Positions 29,394 through 42,527 of a DNA stretch of 64,000 nucleotides are shown here, in pieces. The notes under the pieces were generated by a model that was not told the origin of the DNA, searched no databases, and worked only from the letters and a program-made list of their open reading frames with translations. Made by a program: the position numbers and the translations under genes. Source of the DNA: the human T2T-CHM13v2.0 reference genome, Homo sapiens; NCBI RefSeq assembly GCF_009914755.1, contig NC_060927.1; one strand, 5' to 3'. Each line of letters begins with the position of its first letter. Position 1 is the first letter of the stretch.

Positions 29394-29653
29394 GTTGATC
29401 ATCCATGGCAGGCCCACTTCCCAGTGTTGATCATCCATGGCAGGCCCACTTCCCAGTGTTGATCATCCATGGCAGGCCCACTTCCCAGTGTTGATCATCC
29501 ATGGCAGGCCCACTTCCCAGTGTTGATCATCCATGGCAGGCCCACTTCCCAGTGTTGATCATCCATGGCAGGCCCACTTCCCAGTGTTGATCATCCATGG
29601 CAGGCCCACTTCCCAGTGTTGATCATCCATGGCAGGCCCACTTCCCAGTGTTG
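29394..29653. repeat. Minisatellite/VNTR: 8 perfect copies of the 32-bp unit GTTGATCATCCATGGCAGGCCCACTTCCCAGT
   Basis: Units start at 29394, 29426 ... 29618, with no mismatches and no spacers. Confidence 0.98.
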
Positions 29654-32099
29654 CTGGGAGTCAGAGCCGGGTGGTGGACGGAGGGAGTCTGTCCTGGCTC
29701 AGAGAGTGGCACGTGTGTCTTCTCCTTGGGTCAGCCTTCAGATCCAGTAGATGACCTTCTGGAACCCACAGCTCAGAGGCTAAAACTCACATGCCAACAG
29801 CATTTGCAAATGAGGGACGCAGCCCCAGCGCCATTCCTCACATCATTGAGGGGAAGGATAGTATAGTGGCCATGAGCACAGACTGGTTTTGGCTAGACTG
29901 GGTCCAAATCTTGGCTCTGCCATTTACCAACCGCAGACCTCTGAATCTCGGTTTCCTCGTCAACAAAGGGATTAATAAACAGTAAAATAAATCATTGGCA
30001 AATAGCATATCAATACCTTCTGTTCGCTTATCCTGCAGCCATGACAGACACTGCTAATCATTCAAGATATTCTTTCTCACTGACCCTCAGAATCTTCTGT
30101 ATGTCCAGAGCTCCAGGCAGCCACTCCCAATAGGTAGGATTTGGCATGTGAGATGAATCTTTTTTGTCATCTCATTACGATACCTTTAGAGCACAGTTTC
30201 TGGCACATAGCAGATCCTGCATAAAAGCTACCATTCAGCCTCTGGTCATTGCAAGAATCCTTATCCATTATCCCCAATTTCTGCTTACTCACCTCCAGTG
30301 ACGGGAAGCTCACTGTTTCCTGAGAGTAGCCATTCCATTGCTGGACAGTTCTGATGATTAGCAAGTTCTCAAATGACCCTCCCTTTTCCCTCAAACAGTC
30401 TATAATTCTATGGCAAAGAGCCCCCTTCCTTCCTGCATGAGCTGTCATTTACAGATTTAGGTGATTTATTTTTAGCTGATAAGTTTGAACCTCCTGAGGA
30501 GTAAACCCTTTCTCTCAGCTTGCATATAGTTGATCCCAGGCTAGCTAAGCATCTTCAGCATTTGATGGACATGTTTGGGGGAGTGAGGGTGTGTGTGTGT
30601 GCATGTGTGTGTGTGTGTCTGTGTCAGAATGTATGGGTGAGTAGGAGAGATTGAGAAAGAGAAAAAAGAGAGAGAAGACAGAATGAGAGAATGTATTTTA
30701 AAGCATACCAGCCAATGTCACTCCTTATGTAAGCACAATAGCTTCCCAGGGGATTGGGGTTGTATTCAGGGCCCCATCGTTAGCTGATTAAGGCTGATTA
30801 TTCCAAGGGGAGGGGGTACTGAAAAGGGACAAGAAGTTACATAACTATCTATTTATTTAGATTTAATCCATGTTTCTAAATTTAGGAGCTGGAAGAATTC
30901 AAAGGTGCGCCCCTGGCATTAGAAGTGGTGCTGGCCACACAGGGGAACGTGGGTGTGGTGAGTGTTGGAGACCAATACCACCCAGGGTCACAGTGGGGGA
31001 TTTTTCCCAGGGCACAGTTCAGGGACTTCATCTCACAATCCCAGGAGAACTGTAAAAGGACCCAGTATTGCTCAACCCATTTCACACCCTGGAGCAGGTG
31101 CATAATGTGACTAGGATGGGGGCAGTGTTACAGAGGGGTGGAGAGCATGCTGATGTGGGAGAGGGAACCAGAACTGAATGTCCTGTGAAGGGGAGCAGCT
31201 CTAGGAAAACCTGGACAGTCATGGTCACCCCCAGGGTATGGCATGTGTTCATGCATATGTCCTAGTGTGGCCATTTCCAGATGGATTCCCTTTCTGCGTG
31301 GACTCATAGCTTTGCTGTTCTAAACATTTTGTGCAGGGGTGTGGAAAATCATGAAAGTCATTCAGGTTCTGCCTTCCACAAGGTCGCTGCATTTAAGTGG
31401 GCCTCTCTCATATCAAAAATAGTGTAGGTTCACATACATAAAGAGGTAATTTATTTGCAGATGGCTGCAAAGGACACTCTAACAAAATAATTATTACAAC
31501 TTTTTTGGAAGCTAGAAGTATCTTGAGCAAAGGGAGTCATTTTCTGATTTGAGCAAAGACACCACATGGGCTCACAGCGATCTGCCTCTAACTTCCACGG
31601 ATGCTGACTGTATCCAACTCCGAGTTCACATCAATAGTGATCCTGTTTAGAGAGAAGCTGCTGAAAGCTGAGGATAAAGAACAGCTGCAGAGCTGTGACT
31701 CATCATTCAAGGTCTCAGAAACATTGCAAAGGCCATTGCAAAGAGGTGACAGCACTCTGTAAGAGCGCATGAGGTAAGGTGCATATAAAAGCACTTTATT
31801 AACTGTAAGGAATCCACATTCATTTGAGGAAAGGCTGTGAAGTTGTGTTATAGTAGAACACATGCCAGACTTGAACTCAGCGGCTTTCTAGTTCTGTTAC
31901 CAGTAAGAATCACATGGAAAAAAGGCTGCAAGAGACCCTGCTCCAGAGCCTGGCTCACAACGAACCCTCTATGAATGATTGATTTCTCTCTCAACACTAC
32001 TTTTAAAGCACCCCGGCAGTGTGGACACTGGAATGTGATATTTTCTTTGAAACCCTATGTACTTACAATAAAATTCCAATTTGTTACCCTGACTAAAAA

Positions 32100-32520
32100 T
32101 CCTGTGTCTGACGCCCTGCCCCCCAGTCCCACTCATGCCCTGCCACACTCTCTGGGCTCACTCTACTCCTTCCCTTGAACACACCAAGCCCATTCCTACC
32201 CCAGGGACTTTGCACTCACCACTCCTCTTCCTGGAACACTCTTCCCTCATCTTTCCTTGACTGGCTGTTTATCCTCATTCATGTCTCAGCATGAATGTCG
32301 CCTCCTAGATGGAAAATAGCCCCTGGTGCCTCCAACCACCTCACTCTACTTCAACTTTCTGCATTGTCCTTACTGCTTTCATACACTTTCATCCTCTGCT
32401 TGCTTATTTTCTGTCTCCACCACCAAAATTTAAGCTCCACAAGGGCAGAGATTTTTGTCTGTCTTGCTCACTACTGTAGTCCAAACGGCGGGTGTCTGAC
32501 AGAGGGTGTTGATGAATGAC
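32100..32520 (+). mobile_element. L2 3' end
   Basis: cagggactttgcactcaccactcctcttcctggaacactctt...taagctccacaagggcagagatttttgtctgtcttgctcact...tgttgatgaatga. Confidence 0.8.
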
Positions 32521-33939
32521 CGCACTTTGTGAGAATGGAGAGGTCAGCACCTTCCACGCTTAGGAGCCCCTCTCAGCTTCATCCTTCCCCACTCCCCCGC
32601 TTTTTCTCTCCACGGATTGCCTCTCCTTTTGTCCACATTTCTCTCATATTCCACTAGATGACTTCCCACTCTTTTCCTTATCCCCTTGCTTGCTCTGCAG
32701 AGAGCTTTGAACATCTTGTTCTTTCTGTTCTCAAGGCTGGGATGACTTAACCTTCCCCCTGTCTCATCTTTCTGAATATCCGTCTGTTGGCTTGGATCCT
32801 CTTCTCTTTGACCCTGGGAGAAAAACATGAAGCCAGCATGGGAGTCAGGGGTGGGAGAGAGTTTAGATGACCAAGGAGCCACTGCCTCCAGAGGCAGGGA
32901 GTCCTCATTCCTGAGGCTGTGAGTGGAGGCTGAATGACCACGGCCTTTTCACAGTCCACCCCACCCTCTGGGGAGGCCTGCAGACTCTGCCGCTGCTGCA
33001 GACAAGCTTTTACTTCCCTTCTTCAAGCCACGCTTTTAAAAAATCTGCTATGTGAGCACTCCAATGAATTGGTTTGGCTTCTGCCGGCTGTTAGCTGGAC
33101 TAAGGAATTTGAATGGCACTTTACAGCTTACAAGGCTCTTTCATCATTCATTAATTTGGCAAATGTTTACCTAGCATCTGCATGACAGGCATGCCTTTAT
33201 TGTTTTATTGGGCTTCACTTTATGGCACTTCAAAGACATTGTGTTTTTTACAAATTGAAGGTTTCTGGCAACCCTGTGTTGAGCAAGTCTCTCGGCGCCA
33301 TTGTTTTCAACAGTGCATGTGCACTTTGTGTCTCTGTGTCACGTCTTGGTAATTCTCAGAATATTTCAAACTTTTATCAGTATTATTATATCTGTTACGG
33401 TGATCTGTGATCAGTGATCTTTGATGTTACTATTGCAATCGTTTAGGGGCACCATGAACTGTGCCCATGTAAGACGTGAACTTAATCTATCAATATGTGT
33501 ATTCTGCCTGTTCCACCAACCGGCTGTTCCTCCATCTCTCTCCCTCACCCCAGGCCTCCCTATTTCCTGAAACACAACAGTATTGAAGTTAGGCCAATGA
33601 TGGCCTCTAAGTGTTCAAGTGAAAGAAGGAGCCATACATCTTTCACTTTAAACCAAACGCTAGAAATGATTAAGCTTAGTGAGGGAGGCACCTTGAAAGC
33701 CAAGACTGACTAAAAGTGAGTCCTTTTGTGCCAAATAGTTAGCCAATTGTGAATGCAAAGGAAAGTCTTTGAAAGAAATTAAAAGTGTTATTCTAGTGAA
33801 TTCACAAACAATAAGACAGTGAAGCAGCCTTGTTGCTGATATGGAGTAAGTTTGAGTGGTCTGGACAGAAGATCAAACCAGCCGCAGCATTCCCTTAAGC
33901 CAAAGCCTAATCCAGAGCAAGGCCGTAACTCATCCATTC

Positions 33940-34252
33940 TTGTTTGTTTGTTTGTTTGTTTGTTTGTTTTGAGACACAGTCTCGCTCTGTTGCCCAGGCT
34001 GGAGTGCAGTGACACAATCTCAGCTCACCTCAACCTCCATCTCCCGGTTCAAGTGATTCTCCTGCCTCAGCCTCCCAAGTAGCTGGGACTATAGGCACGT
34101 GCCACCACGCCCAGCTAATTTTTGTATTTTTATTAGAGATGGGATTTCTCTATGTTGGCCAGGCTGGTCTTAAACTCCTGACTTCAAGTGATCCACCTGC
34201 CTCGGCCTCCCAAAGTGCTGGGATTACAGGTGTAAGCCACCACACCCGGCCC
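33940..34252 (-). mobile_element. AluS with a (TTTG)n tail, inside Tigger1
   Basis: Alu dimer; degenerate TSD. Confidence 0.9.
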
Positions 34253-34972
34253 TTACTCATCAATTCTATGAAGGCTCAAGAGAGGAGAGAAAGCTGCAAA
34301 ACAAAAGTTGGAAGCTAACAGAGGTTGATTTAGAGATTTAAGGAAAGAAGCCATTTCTGTAACATGAAAGTGCAAGGAAAAGCAGCAAGTGCTGATGTAG
34401 AAACTGCATCGAGTTGTCCAGATCTACTAGCTAAGAGCATTGATGAAGGTGGCAACACTAACAACAGGTTTTCAATATAGCTGAAACAGCCTTCACTGGA
34501 AGAATATGCCATCTAGGACTTACATAGCTGGAGAGGAGAAGTTAACGCCTGACTACAAAGCTTCAAAGGACAGGCTGACTCTCTTGTATAGGGGCTAGTG
34601 CAGCTGATGACTTTAAGTTGAAGCCAATGCTCATTGGCCATTTCCAAAACAGTAGGGCCCTGAAGAATGATGCTAAATCTACTCTGCCTGTGCTCTAGAA
34701 ATGGAACAACAGAGCCTGGGTGGCAGCACATCTGTTTACAGCATGGCTTATTGAACACTTTAAGCCCATTGTTGACCTACTGCTCAGGAAAAAAATATTC
34801 CTTTCAAATATGACTGCCCATTAACAATAGACTTGGTCACCTGAGAGCTCCCACGGAGATGTGCAAGGACATGAATGCTGTTTTCATGCCTGCTAACACA
34901 ACATCCATTCTGCAGCCCATGGATCAAGGAGTCATTTTGACTTTCTTATGATTGAAGAAACACATTTCATAA

Positions 34973-36649
34973 TGAGAGGTGACAGTGTGCTGGCAGTCCT
35001 CACAGCCCTCGCTCACTCTCGGTGCCTCCTCTGCCTGGGCTCCCACTTTGGCGGCACTTGAGGAGCCCTTCAGCCTGCCGCTGCACTGTGGGAACCCCTT
35101 TCTGGAGCCGGCTCCCTTAGCTTGCGGGGAAGGTGTGGAGGGAGAGGCGCGGGTGGGAACCAGGGCTGCCTGCGGTGCTTGCGGGCCAGCACGAGTTCCG
35201 GGTGGGCGTGGGCTCGGCAGGCCCCGCACTCGGAGCGGCCGGCCGGCGGACCCCGCGGGCCCCGGGCAGTGAGGGGCTTAGCACCTGGGCCAGCAGCTTT
35301 TGTGCTCAATTTCTCGCGGGGCCTTAGCTGCCTCCCCGCGGGGCAGGGCTCGGGGGACCTGCAGCCCGCCATGCCTGAGCCTCCCCTCCCTGCCGTGTGC
35401 CCCTGCGCGGCCCAAGCCTCCCCGAGGAGTGCTGCGCCCTGCTCCACTGGCGCCCAGTCCCATCGACCACCCAAGGGCTGAGGAGTGCGGGCGCAGGGCG
35501 TGGGACTGGCAGGCAGCTCCACCTGCGGCCCCCGTGCGGGATCCACTGGGTGAAGCCAGCTGGGCTCCTGACTCTGGTGGGGACTGGGAGAACCTTTATG
35601 TCTAGCTAAGGGATTGTAAATACACCAATCAGCACCCTGTGTCTAGCTCAGGGTTTGTGAATGCACCAATCCACACTCTGTATCCAGCTACTCTGGTGGG
35701 GACTTGGATTGGAGAACCTTTATGTCTAGCTAAGGGATTGTAAATACACCAATCAGCACTCTGTATCTAGCTCAGGGTTTGTAAACACACCCATCAGCAC
35801 CCTGTGTCTAGCTCAGGGTTTGTGAATGCACCAATCACACTCTGTCTCTAGCTACTCTGGTGGGGACTTGGAGAACCTTTATGTCTAGCTAAGGGATTGT
35901 AAATACACCAATGGGCACTCTGTATCTAGCTCAAGATTTGTAAACACACCAATCAGCACCCTGTGTCTAGCTCAGGGTTTGTGAATGCACCAATGGACAC
36001 TCTGTATCTAGCTACTTTGGTGCGGACTTGGAGAACCTTTGTGTCCACACTCTGTATCTAGCTAATCTAGTGGGGACGTGGAGAACCTTTGTGTCTAGCT
36101 CAGGGATTGTAAACGCACCAATCAGCACCCTGTCAAAACAGACCACTCTGGCTCTCTGTAAAATGGACCAATCAGCAGGATGTGGGTGGGGCCAGATAAG
36201 AGAATAAAAGCAGGCTGCCTGAGCCAGCAGTGGCAACCCGCTCGGGTCCCCTTCCACACTGTAGAAGCTTTGTTCTTTCGCTCTTTGCAATAAATCTTGC
36301 TGCTGCTCACTCTTTGGGTCCACACTGCCTTTATGAGCTGTAACACTCACCACGAAGGTCTGCAGCTTCACTCCTGAAGCCCGCGAGACCACGAACCCAC
36401 CGGGAGGAAAGAACAACTCCAGACGTGCCGCCTTAAGAACTGTAACACTCACCGCGAAGGTCTGTAGCTTCACTCCTGAGCCAGCGAGACCACGAACCCC
36501 ACCAGAAGGAAGAAACTCCGAACACATCTGAACATCAGAAGGAATGAATTCCGGACATGCCGTCTTTAAGACCTGTAACACTCACCGCGAGGGTCCGCAG
36601 CTTCATTCTTGAAGTCAGTGAGACCAAGAACCCACCAATTCCGGACACA
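34973..36649 (+). mobile_element. Solo LTR12C (ERV9) inside Tigger1
   Basis: tgagaggtgacagtgtgctggcagtcctcacagcc...ccaattccggacaca; 4-bp TSD ataa (34969-34972 / 36650-36653); tandem CCAAT repeats at ~35600-36175; TATA-like aataaaag near 36203. Confidence 0.95.
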
Positions 36650-37045
36650 ATAAGGCTATAGCTCCCATAGATAGTGTGTACTCTGATGGATCTGGGCAAG
36701 GTACGCTGAAAACCTTCTGGAAAGGAGTTACCCTTCTAGATGCCTTACAAACATGCATGATTTATGGCAACAGGTCAAAATATCAACATTAGGAGTTTGT
36801 AAGAAGTTGATTTCAACCCTTGTGGATGACTTTGAAGGGTTCAAGACTCCAGTGGAGTAACTGTAGATGTGGTAGAAAAAGCAAGAGAACTAGAATTAGA
36901 GGTAGAGCTTGAAGATGGGACTGAATTGCTGCAATCTCATGATAAAAGTCAAGTGGATGATGAGTTGTTTCTTAGGGATGAGCAAAGAAAGTGGTTTCTT
37001 AAGATGGAATCTACTCCTGATGATGAGGCTGTGAACATTGTTTAA

Positions 37046-37530
<485 letters not shown>

Positions 37531-38049
37531 CATTGTTGTCTTTTTTAAGAAATTGCCACAGTCACCCCAACCTTCAGCAACCACCACTCTGATAAGTCAG
37601 CAGCCATTAACGTTGAGGCAAGAGACCTTCCACCAGCAAAAAGATTAGGACTTGCCGAAGGTTCAGATGAGACTTAGCATTTCTTGGCAATACAGTATTT
37701 TTAAATTAAGGTCTGTATGTTTGTTAGACATAATACTATTGCACACAATAGGGTACTACTATTTTAGGCACAATCCTATTTCACACTTGTAGAGTGTAAT
37801 GCTGTTGCACTCTACTGATTACAGTATAATGTAAACATTAACTTTTCTATGTACTGGGACACCAAAAGACTTGAGTGAGTCACTTTATTGTTATACTAGC
37901 TTTATTGCAGGAACAGAACCTTCAGTCCCTCTGAGCTATGCCTGTATTTGCTAGTCATGGCTCTAAGTGCTTTGCATATAATAACTTACTTACGAAGCAG
38001 GTAGTGGTATTATAATTATCCTTATTTTACAGACGAGGAATGTATGGCA

Positions 38050-38864
38050 CAGGACCGGATTTATGATAAAGTTCAAAAACTTAAGCTTCAGAGTTTCGCA
38101 CACAGGCTCATCCCCAGATACGGTCCACCACTGTGTCAGGTGTAAAATTAGCAAAAGTAATATAGTTTACCTGCGAACAGCTAAAATCACTGTCACTTTC
38201 TACTGTGAATCTCATCTCTGGCTCTTTCTCTCATCCTGATTAGCACTGGAGTGGCTGTGGGCATTTTGCGGACCCAGCTTAGGGTTAGTAGAGTTGAAAA
38301 TACACTGAGTTTGGGTTTACTGAGCTAAATTTATGCAGTTCAAAGTCCTTCCATGCATAGTTAGGTTACCACTAGCCACCAGGTGTCGGAGATAGTTTCT
38401 AGGACCATCCTACCGCTCAGTTTGCTAACTAACCTAGATCTTGATTCAAAGACAGTGACTCAGAGTTCCCATCATGATATGAATTTATTCTCTGCCCCCC
38501 CAGCACAGAAAGTATGCAGAAAGTGAAGGAGAAGCTACTCTATAGAAAATTCCTTCAACCATTAACTACGTAAGACTGTAAATGGAGGATTGGCTTCTCT
38601 GTGTATCATCCATGTGCCTGCTTCCAAACAAAGCCCTCTCTTGTCAGGAATGTACTCAGTAATGCAGGGTATATCATAAATACACAATATGTTTTTTTTT
38701 TCTTTTTGGGGAGGATTACACCAAATGCAATTCATCAGAATTTCTGTTTGTAGGGCACAGATTTATAGTGTTACTAAAGGCAGTGAGGATATCTGTAACC
38801 AACCAAAATATGAAAAAACTTCATGGAGGTTTTTCCAGATTTGACAGTGGTGCTAAAATGTGTT

Positions 38865-38904
<40 letters not shown>

Positions 38905-39240
38905 TGGGTTTATAGAAAACATTTCCAAGTACAAGTTGTGAAACTGAAAGAAACTTTCCTAAACTTTATTCAATAGGCCACATTAGAGGAAAGACGGAAT
39001 TATCTTTTAATTTTCTATGAATATGACAAAATTGTCATCATATAAAGGTGATCAATGACATGTTGGGGAAAAAAGGATAAAAGTATGTCAGACAACTGAT
39101 AAAAATGTTATTTTTCTGGATTTTGTGATGTTCGTGACATTTGTAAGCTTTCTAAAATTTCTAATTTCCTGTGATTCCTTTTTTCATCTTGGTACCTAAT
39201 TTTCCATTATTTTTCTTAAGTGGGCCCCAAACTGGGCTCA
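38050..39240 (+). mobile_element. Zaphod/MER115-like hAT-Tip100 DNA transposon, with (TG)n at ~38868-38903
   Basis: caggaccggatttatga...cttaagcttcag 5' end; tagaggaaagacggaattatcttt...ttttctggattttgtgatgtt...gggccccaaa 3' region. Confidence 0.65.
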
Positions 39241-39619
39241 TCTAACTACCAGGATAAGGTATTATAGCTTCCTTATGCAAATATGAGCACAAACAATCCC
39301 TCTTCTTATTTTTTCTACCCTCTTTACAGTCAAGGTGGCTCACAGCAGCCTCACCGCCTGCTGCAGCAGGACAATTGGCGGAGTGAGGAGGCCACTGCCT
39401 AGTCCCGGGAGAGGGTGGTGGCTGGAGGGATACCTGGGGACTGCCGGGCTGTGAAGAGGTGGCTGGCGTTGCAATCAGTTTTAAAGAGGGTCAACAGGGG
39501 TTGCTGAGGGTGAAAGTGAGGGTAGGGGTGGAAGAAAGAAAGGATGAGTTCACAGCTCGTGTCTGCCACTCTGATTTTTCCCTGGGGGCTCTGACTCAGG
39601 AAGTCTGGATTTTGGGAGG

Positions 39620-40020
39620 GCTGGCGTGGGTAGCCGACAACAATACCTCTCACCTGGCATCCGCAGCACCTCCATGCCCCCAACGCCAGCGCTCCGGCCG
39701 TCGCCCGCGCAGAGCCGTGAGAACACCCGGGAAGCGCGCAGGCTCTGGGCACCCCGTCCCCGCCGCAGCCTGGCCCGACCCTCCTGGCCCTGCGTGGGCG
39801 AACACGTGCAGGCCCTCCTGGCGCGCGCCCCACGTGCAGCCCCGCGTGCGCTCTCCGCCTGCTCCCTCCCTGGCCCGCCGCCGCCTGGGCCGCTGCCAGC
39901 TCCTGGAGGCACTGACGCCCGCAGATGGGCAGGGGATGCGGGTGGGGGCTGCCCTTGGGGTGGAGGCCGTGGAGCGCATCCCGCTGTGTGATCGGGCACG
40001 TGGCTTCGCTGCCCTGAACC
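39620..40020. promoter_or_regulatory. Small non-repeat CpG island (orphan CGI; promoter- or enhancer-like)
   Basis: Very GC- and CpG-dense; EGR1 site TGCGTGGGCG at 39791-39800; CACGTG at 39803, 39831 and 39997; AP-1 site TGACTCA at 39592. Confidence 0.8.
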
Positions 40021-41664
40021 TCCCTTTCCCAGTTTAGGCCTAGGAATGCCGGCTTCCTGGAGAGCCTGTGCTGGCTTGTTGAGCGTTTCCAGCGCTTAGA
40101 AGACTATAACAATGATAGTAATCATAAGAATGACGGTCATTTACGGAGGGCTCACGCTGTGCCAGGCCCTGCCCTAAGCACTCAACCTTCCTAGCAACAC
40201 CATGATGTCAGCCCGCTTATTGTCCCCATTTTAGGGGTGAGGAAATGAAGGTAGGGCGATAATAGGATGATTATTACTACTAAAAATCATAACACAATGG
40301 CTGTTGTCAATAAGAAGGATAGTAACAGGGCCATGGCTTACTGAGGGCTTAAATGTGCAAGCAACTGACACCTAGGCTCACATCAGCTCCTTACATCTTT
40401 CCAGCAGGGGCACTGGTATCATCCCCACTTTACAGATGAAGACTGAGTCTCCAGGAGGGAGGGTCACTTGCCCACGATGACCCAGTTGCTCCAGTGGGCG
40501 AGCCAGGACTCCAGCCCATGCCTGTCTGAACAGACTCTTAGCCATGGTCACTACCAGCCATTCCTGAAGGCATCTGTCACTCCAGGGTGGACTTCTCAGT
40601 TTAAGACGGACAGGGCACTTACTGTCTGTGACCACAGAATGATGATTTGGGCTCTGAGGCTCCACCAGGGAAGTGCTGCACCGGAAGGCACTCAGCGGGG
40701 TAGAGGAGGAGGTGGATTAAAAGTGGGGCTCAGGTCCTCACCCACCTACCACACCACCCTGGCCAGAGTCTGCTTCCTGTCTCAGGGTTCAGGTGAAGGA
40801 GCCCAGAAGAGCCACTTCCTGTAAATGTTCCTCCTCTTGTAGATTTCAGGCTGGGCAGTCTGGCAGAAGACACCTGTGCTTGTTTTCTGCCAAGTCCTGG
40901 TGGTCTTGCCATCTCCCCTGTAGATCTGCTGGCCCCGCCATTCGTGAGCCCCAGAGGCCTGGATTGAGAGGCTGCCAGGGAGGCCTGGAGCGTGTCTGAG
41001 GGGTCGGCACCTTGGCGCTTGTCTGGAAGTCTCCCAGGCTTGGCCCCAGCCCACTCTTTAGACCTCTGCTTCACCTCCCTGCCATGCAGACCCCTGGCCC
41101 AGCCCAGAAAGCCCCTGGGGCTTGTCAGGAACCCGGATCAACAGAACCTGATGGGCCAGAGAGGATGCCAGCCATGCAAGGTCGCACAACAATCAGGAGG
41201 CAAAGGCCACTCTCTGCCACCTGAGAAGGATGATGGGAATTGGGCCCCTGCCCCCTGCACCCCCATCCTGAGGTTAAGTGTGAGGCCTTGGAGAGGTGCC
41301 CATCTGTGTGCCCAGTAGGGGCTGTGTGGCTCTCTCTGACCCAGCCTGCTGGCATATAATTGAAGGTCATCCTGGGGATCAGTTGGGGCCCCCAGGAACT
41401 GGCCCCAGGCTGGCTGGCTAGCTGGGGTCCTCTGCACACGGATGTCCCCCTCCTCTACCCAAGGTCTTAACCTGAGAGACCCCTCTCCCTGCTGAAGGTG
41501 TAAGGGGGTGGCATCTTCTTCCTACACAAGAGGGCGGTACCCAGATCCCTGACTGTGGAAGAGGGAGTGTGGTTCATGAGAGAGCCCAGGCCAGGTAAGA
41601 AAGGCCCCAAATGTTTACGAGCACTGGCCTTGTGTCAGGGACCCAGCTGGCCAGGGTAGAAGGC

Positions 41665-41770
41665 CCCACTCACAGTGTCCCCATCATCAACACCCACCCC
41701 TACCCCACACACAGTGTCCTCACCACCAACACCCACCCCCACCCCGTACACAGTGTCCTCACCACCAACA
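41665..41770. repeat. Diverged 39-bp tandem repeat (~2.6 copies), followed by an antisense L1MC fragment to ~41975
   Basis: cacagtgtcc recurs at 41671, 41710 and 41749. Confidence 0.85.
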
Positions 41771-42235
41771 TGGGGCACCAGCAGGTGCACTTGTTAATGA
41801 GTGAACTACCTTGACACATCATCATCACCCCGACTCCATAGTCTATGTGAGGCTCACTCTTGGTGTTGCACATTCTATAGGTTTGAGCAAATGTATCATA
41901 ACGTGTCTGCCATGACTAGATCATACTAGGTAGTTTCACTACCCTAAAATTCCTCTGGGCTTCACCTATTCTCTTTTTTCACTTTGTTTCTTCGTTTTCA
42001 GAATGAAAACAACTTTACTGATTTTAAAATCATGCATGCGCTTAATAGCACCCTCCTATTCCCCAGACAACCACTGCTGAGAGTGTGGGGTATGTTTCCT
42101 TTCAGGTGTTTTCTGTCTGTATCAACATAGCCCACCCAGAGTATATAAGGAGTACCCAAGAGTCCATAGGAGCTAATATTGGGAATTGGCATTGACTGAG
42201 TGCCTACTATGTGCTTGACCTCACTGGACATTAAA

Positions 42236-42527
42236 ATTTTTTTTTTTTCTGAGACAAGATCTCACTCTGTCACCCAGGCTGCAATGCTGTGTGGCACGAT
42301 CATAGCTCACTGCAGCCTTGAACTGAGCTCAAGCGATCCTCTCACCTCAGCCTCCTCAGTAGCTGGGACCACAGGTGCACACCACTGTGCCCTGCTAATT
42401 TTTTTTTTTTTCTGGTAGGGACAGGGTCTCTCTGTGTTGCCCAGGCTCGATCTCCTGGCCTCAAGCGATCCTTCCACCTTGGCCGCCCAAAGCGCTGGGA
42501 TTACAGGCGTGAGTCACTCCACCTGTC
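42236..42527 (-). mobile_element. AluJ inserted in a MIR
   Basis: TSD acctcactggacatt on both sides. Confidence 0.9.

Noticed and set aside
29394-29653. 32-bp direct repeats as a CRISPR array
   Set aside because: The units are contiguous with no spacers, there are no cas genes, and the context is a primate MIR. It is a minisatellite.
36012-36581. 189-aa minus-strand ORF
   Set aside because: It is the antisense reading of the LTR12C U5 repeats, a common spurious ORF.
39459-40037. 192-aa ORF and overlapping ORFs over the CpG island
   Set aside because: Several frames on both strands are open because of high GC; low-complexity Arg/Pro/Ala content, a non-ATG start and no recognisable domain.
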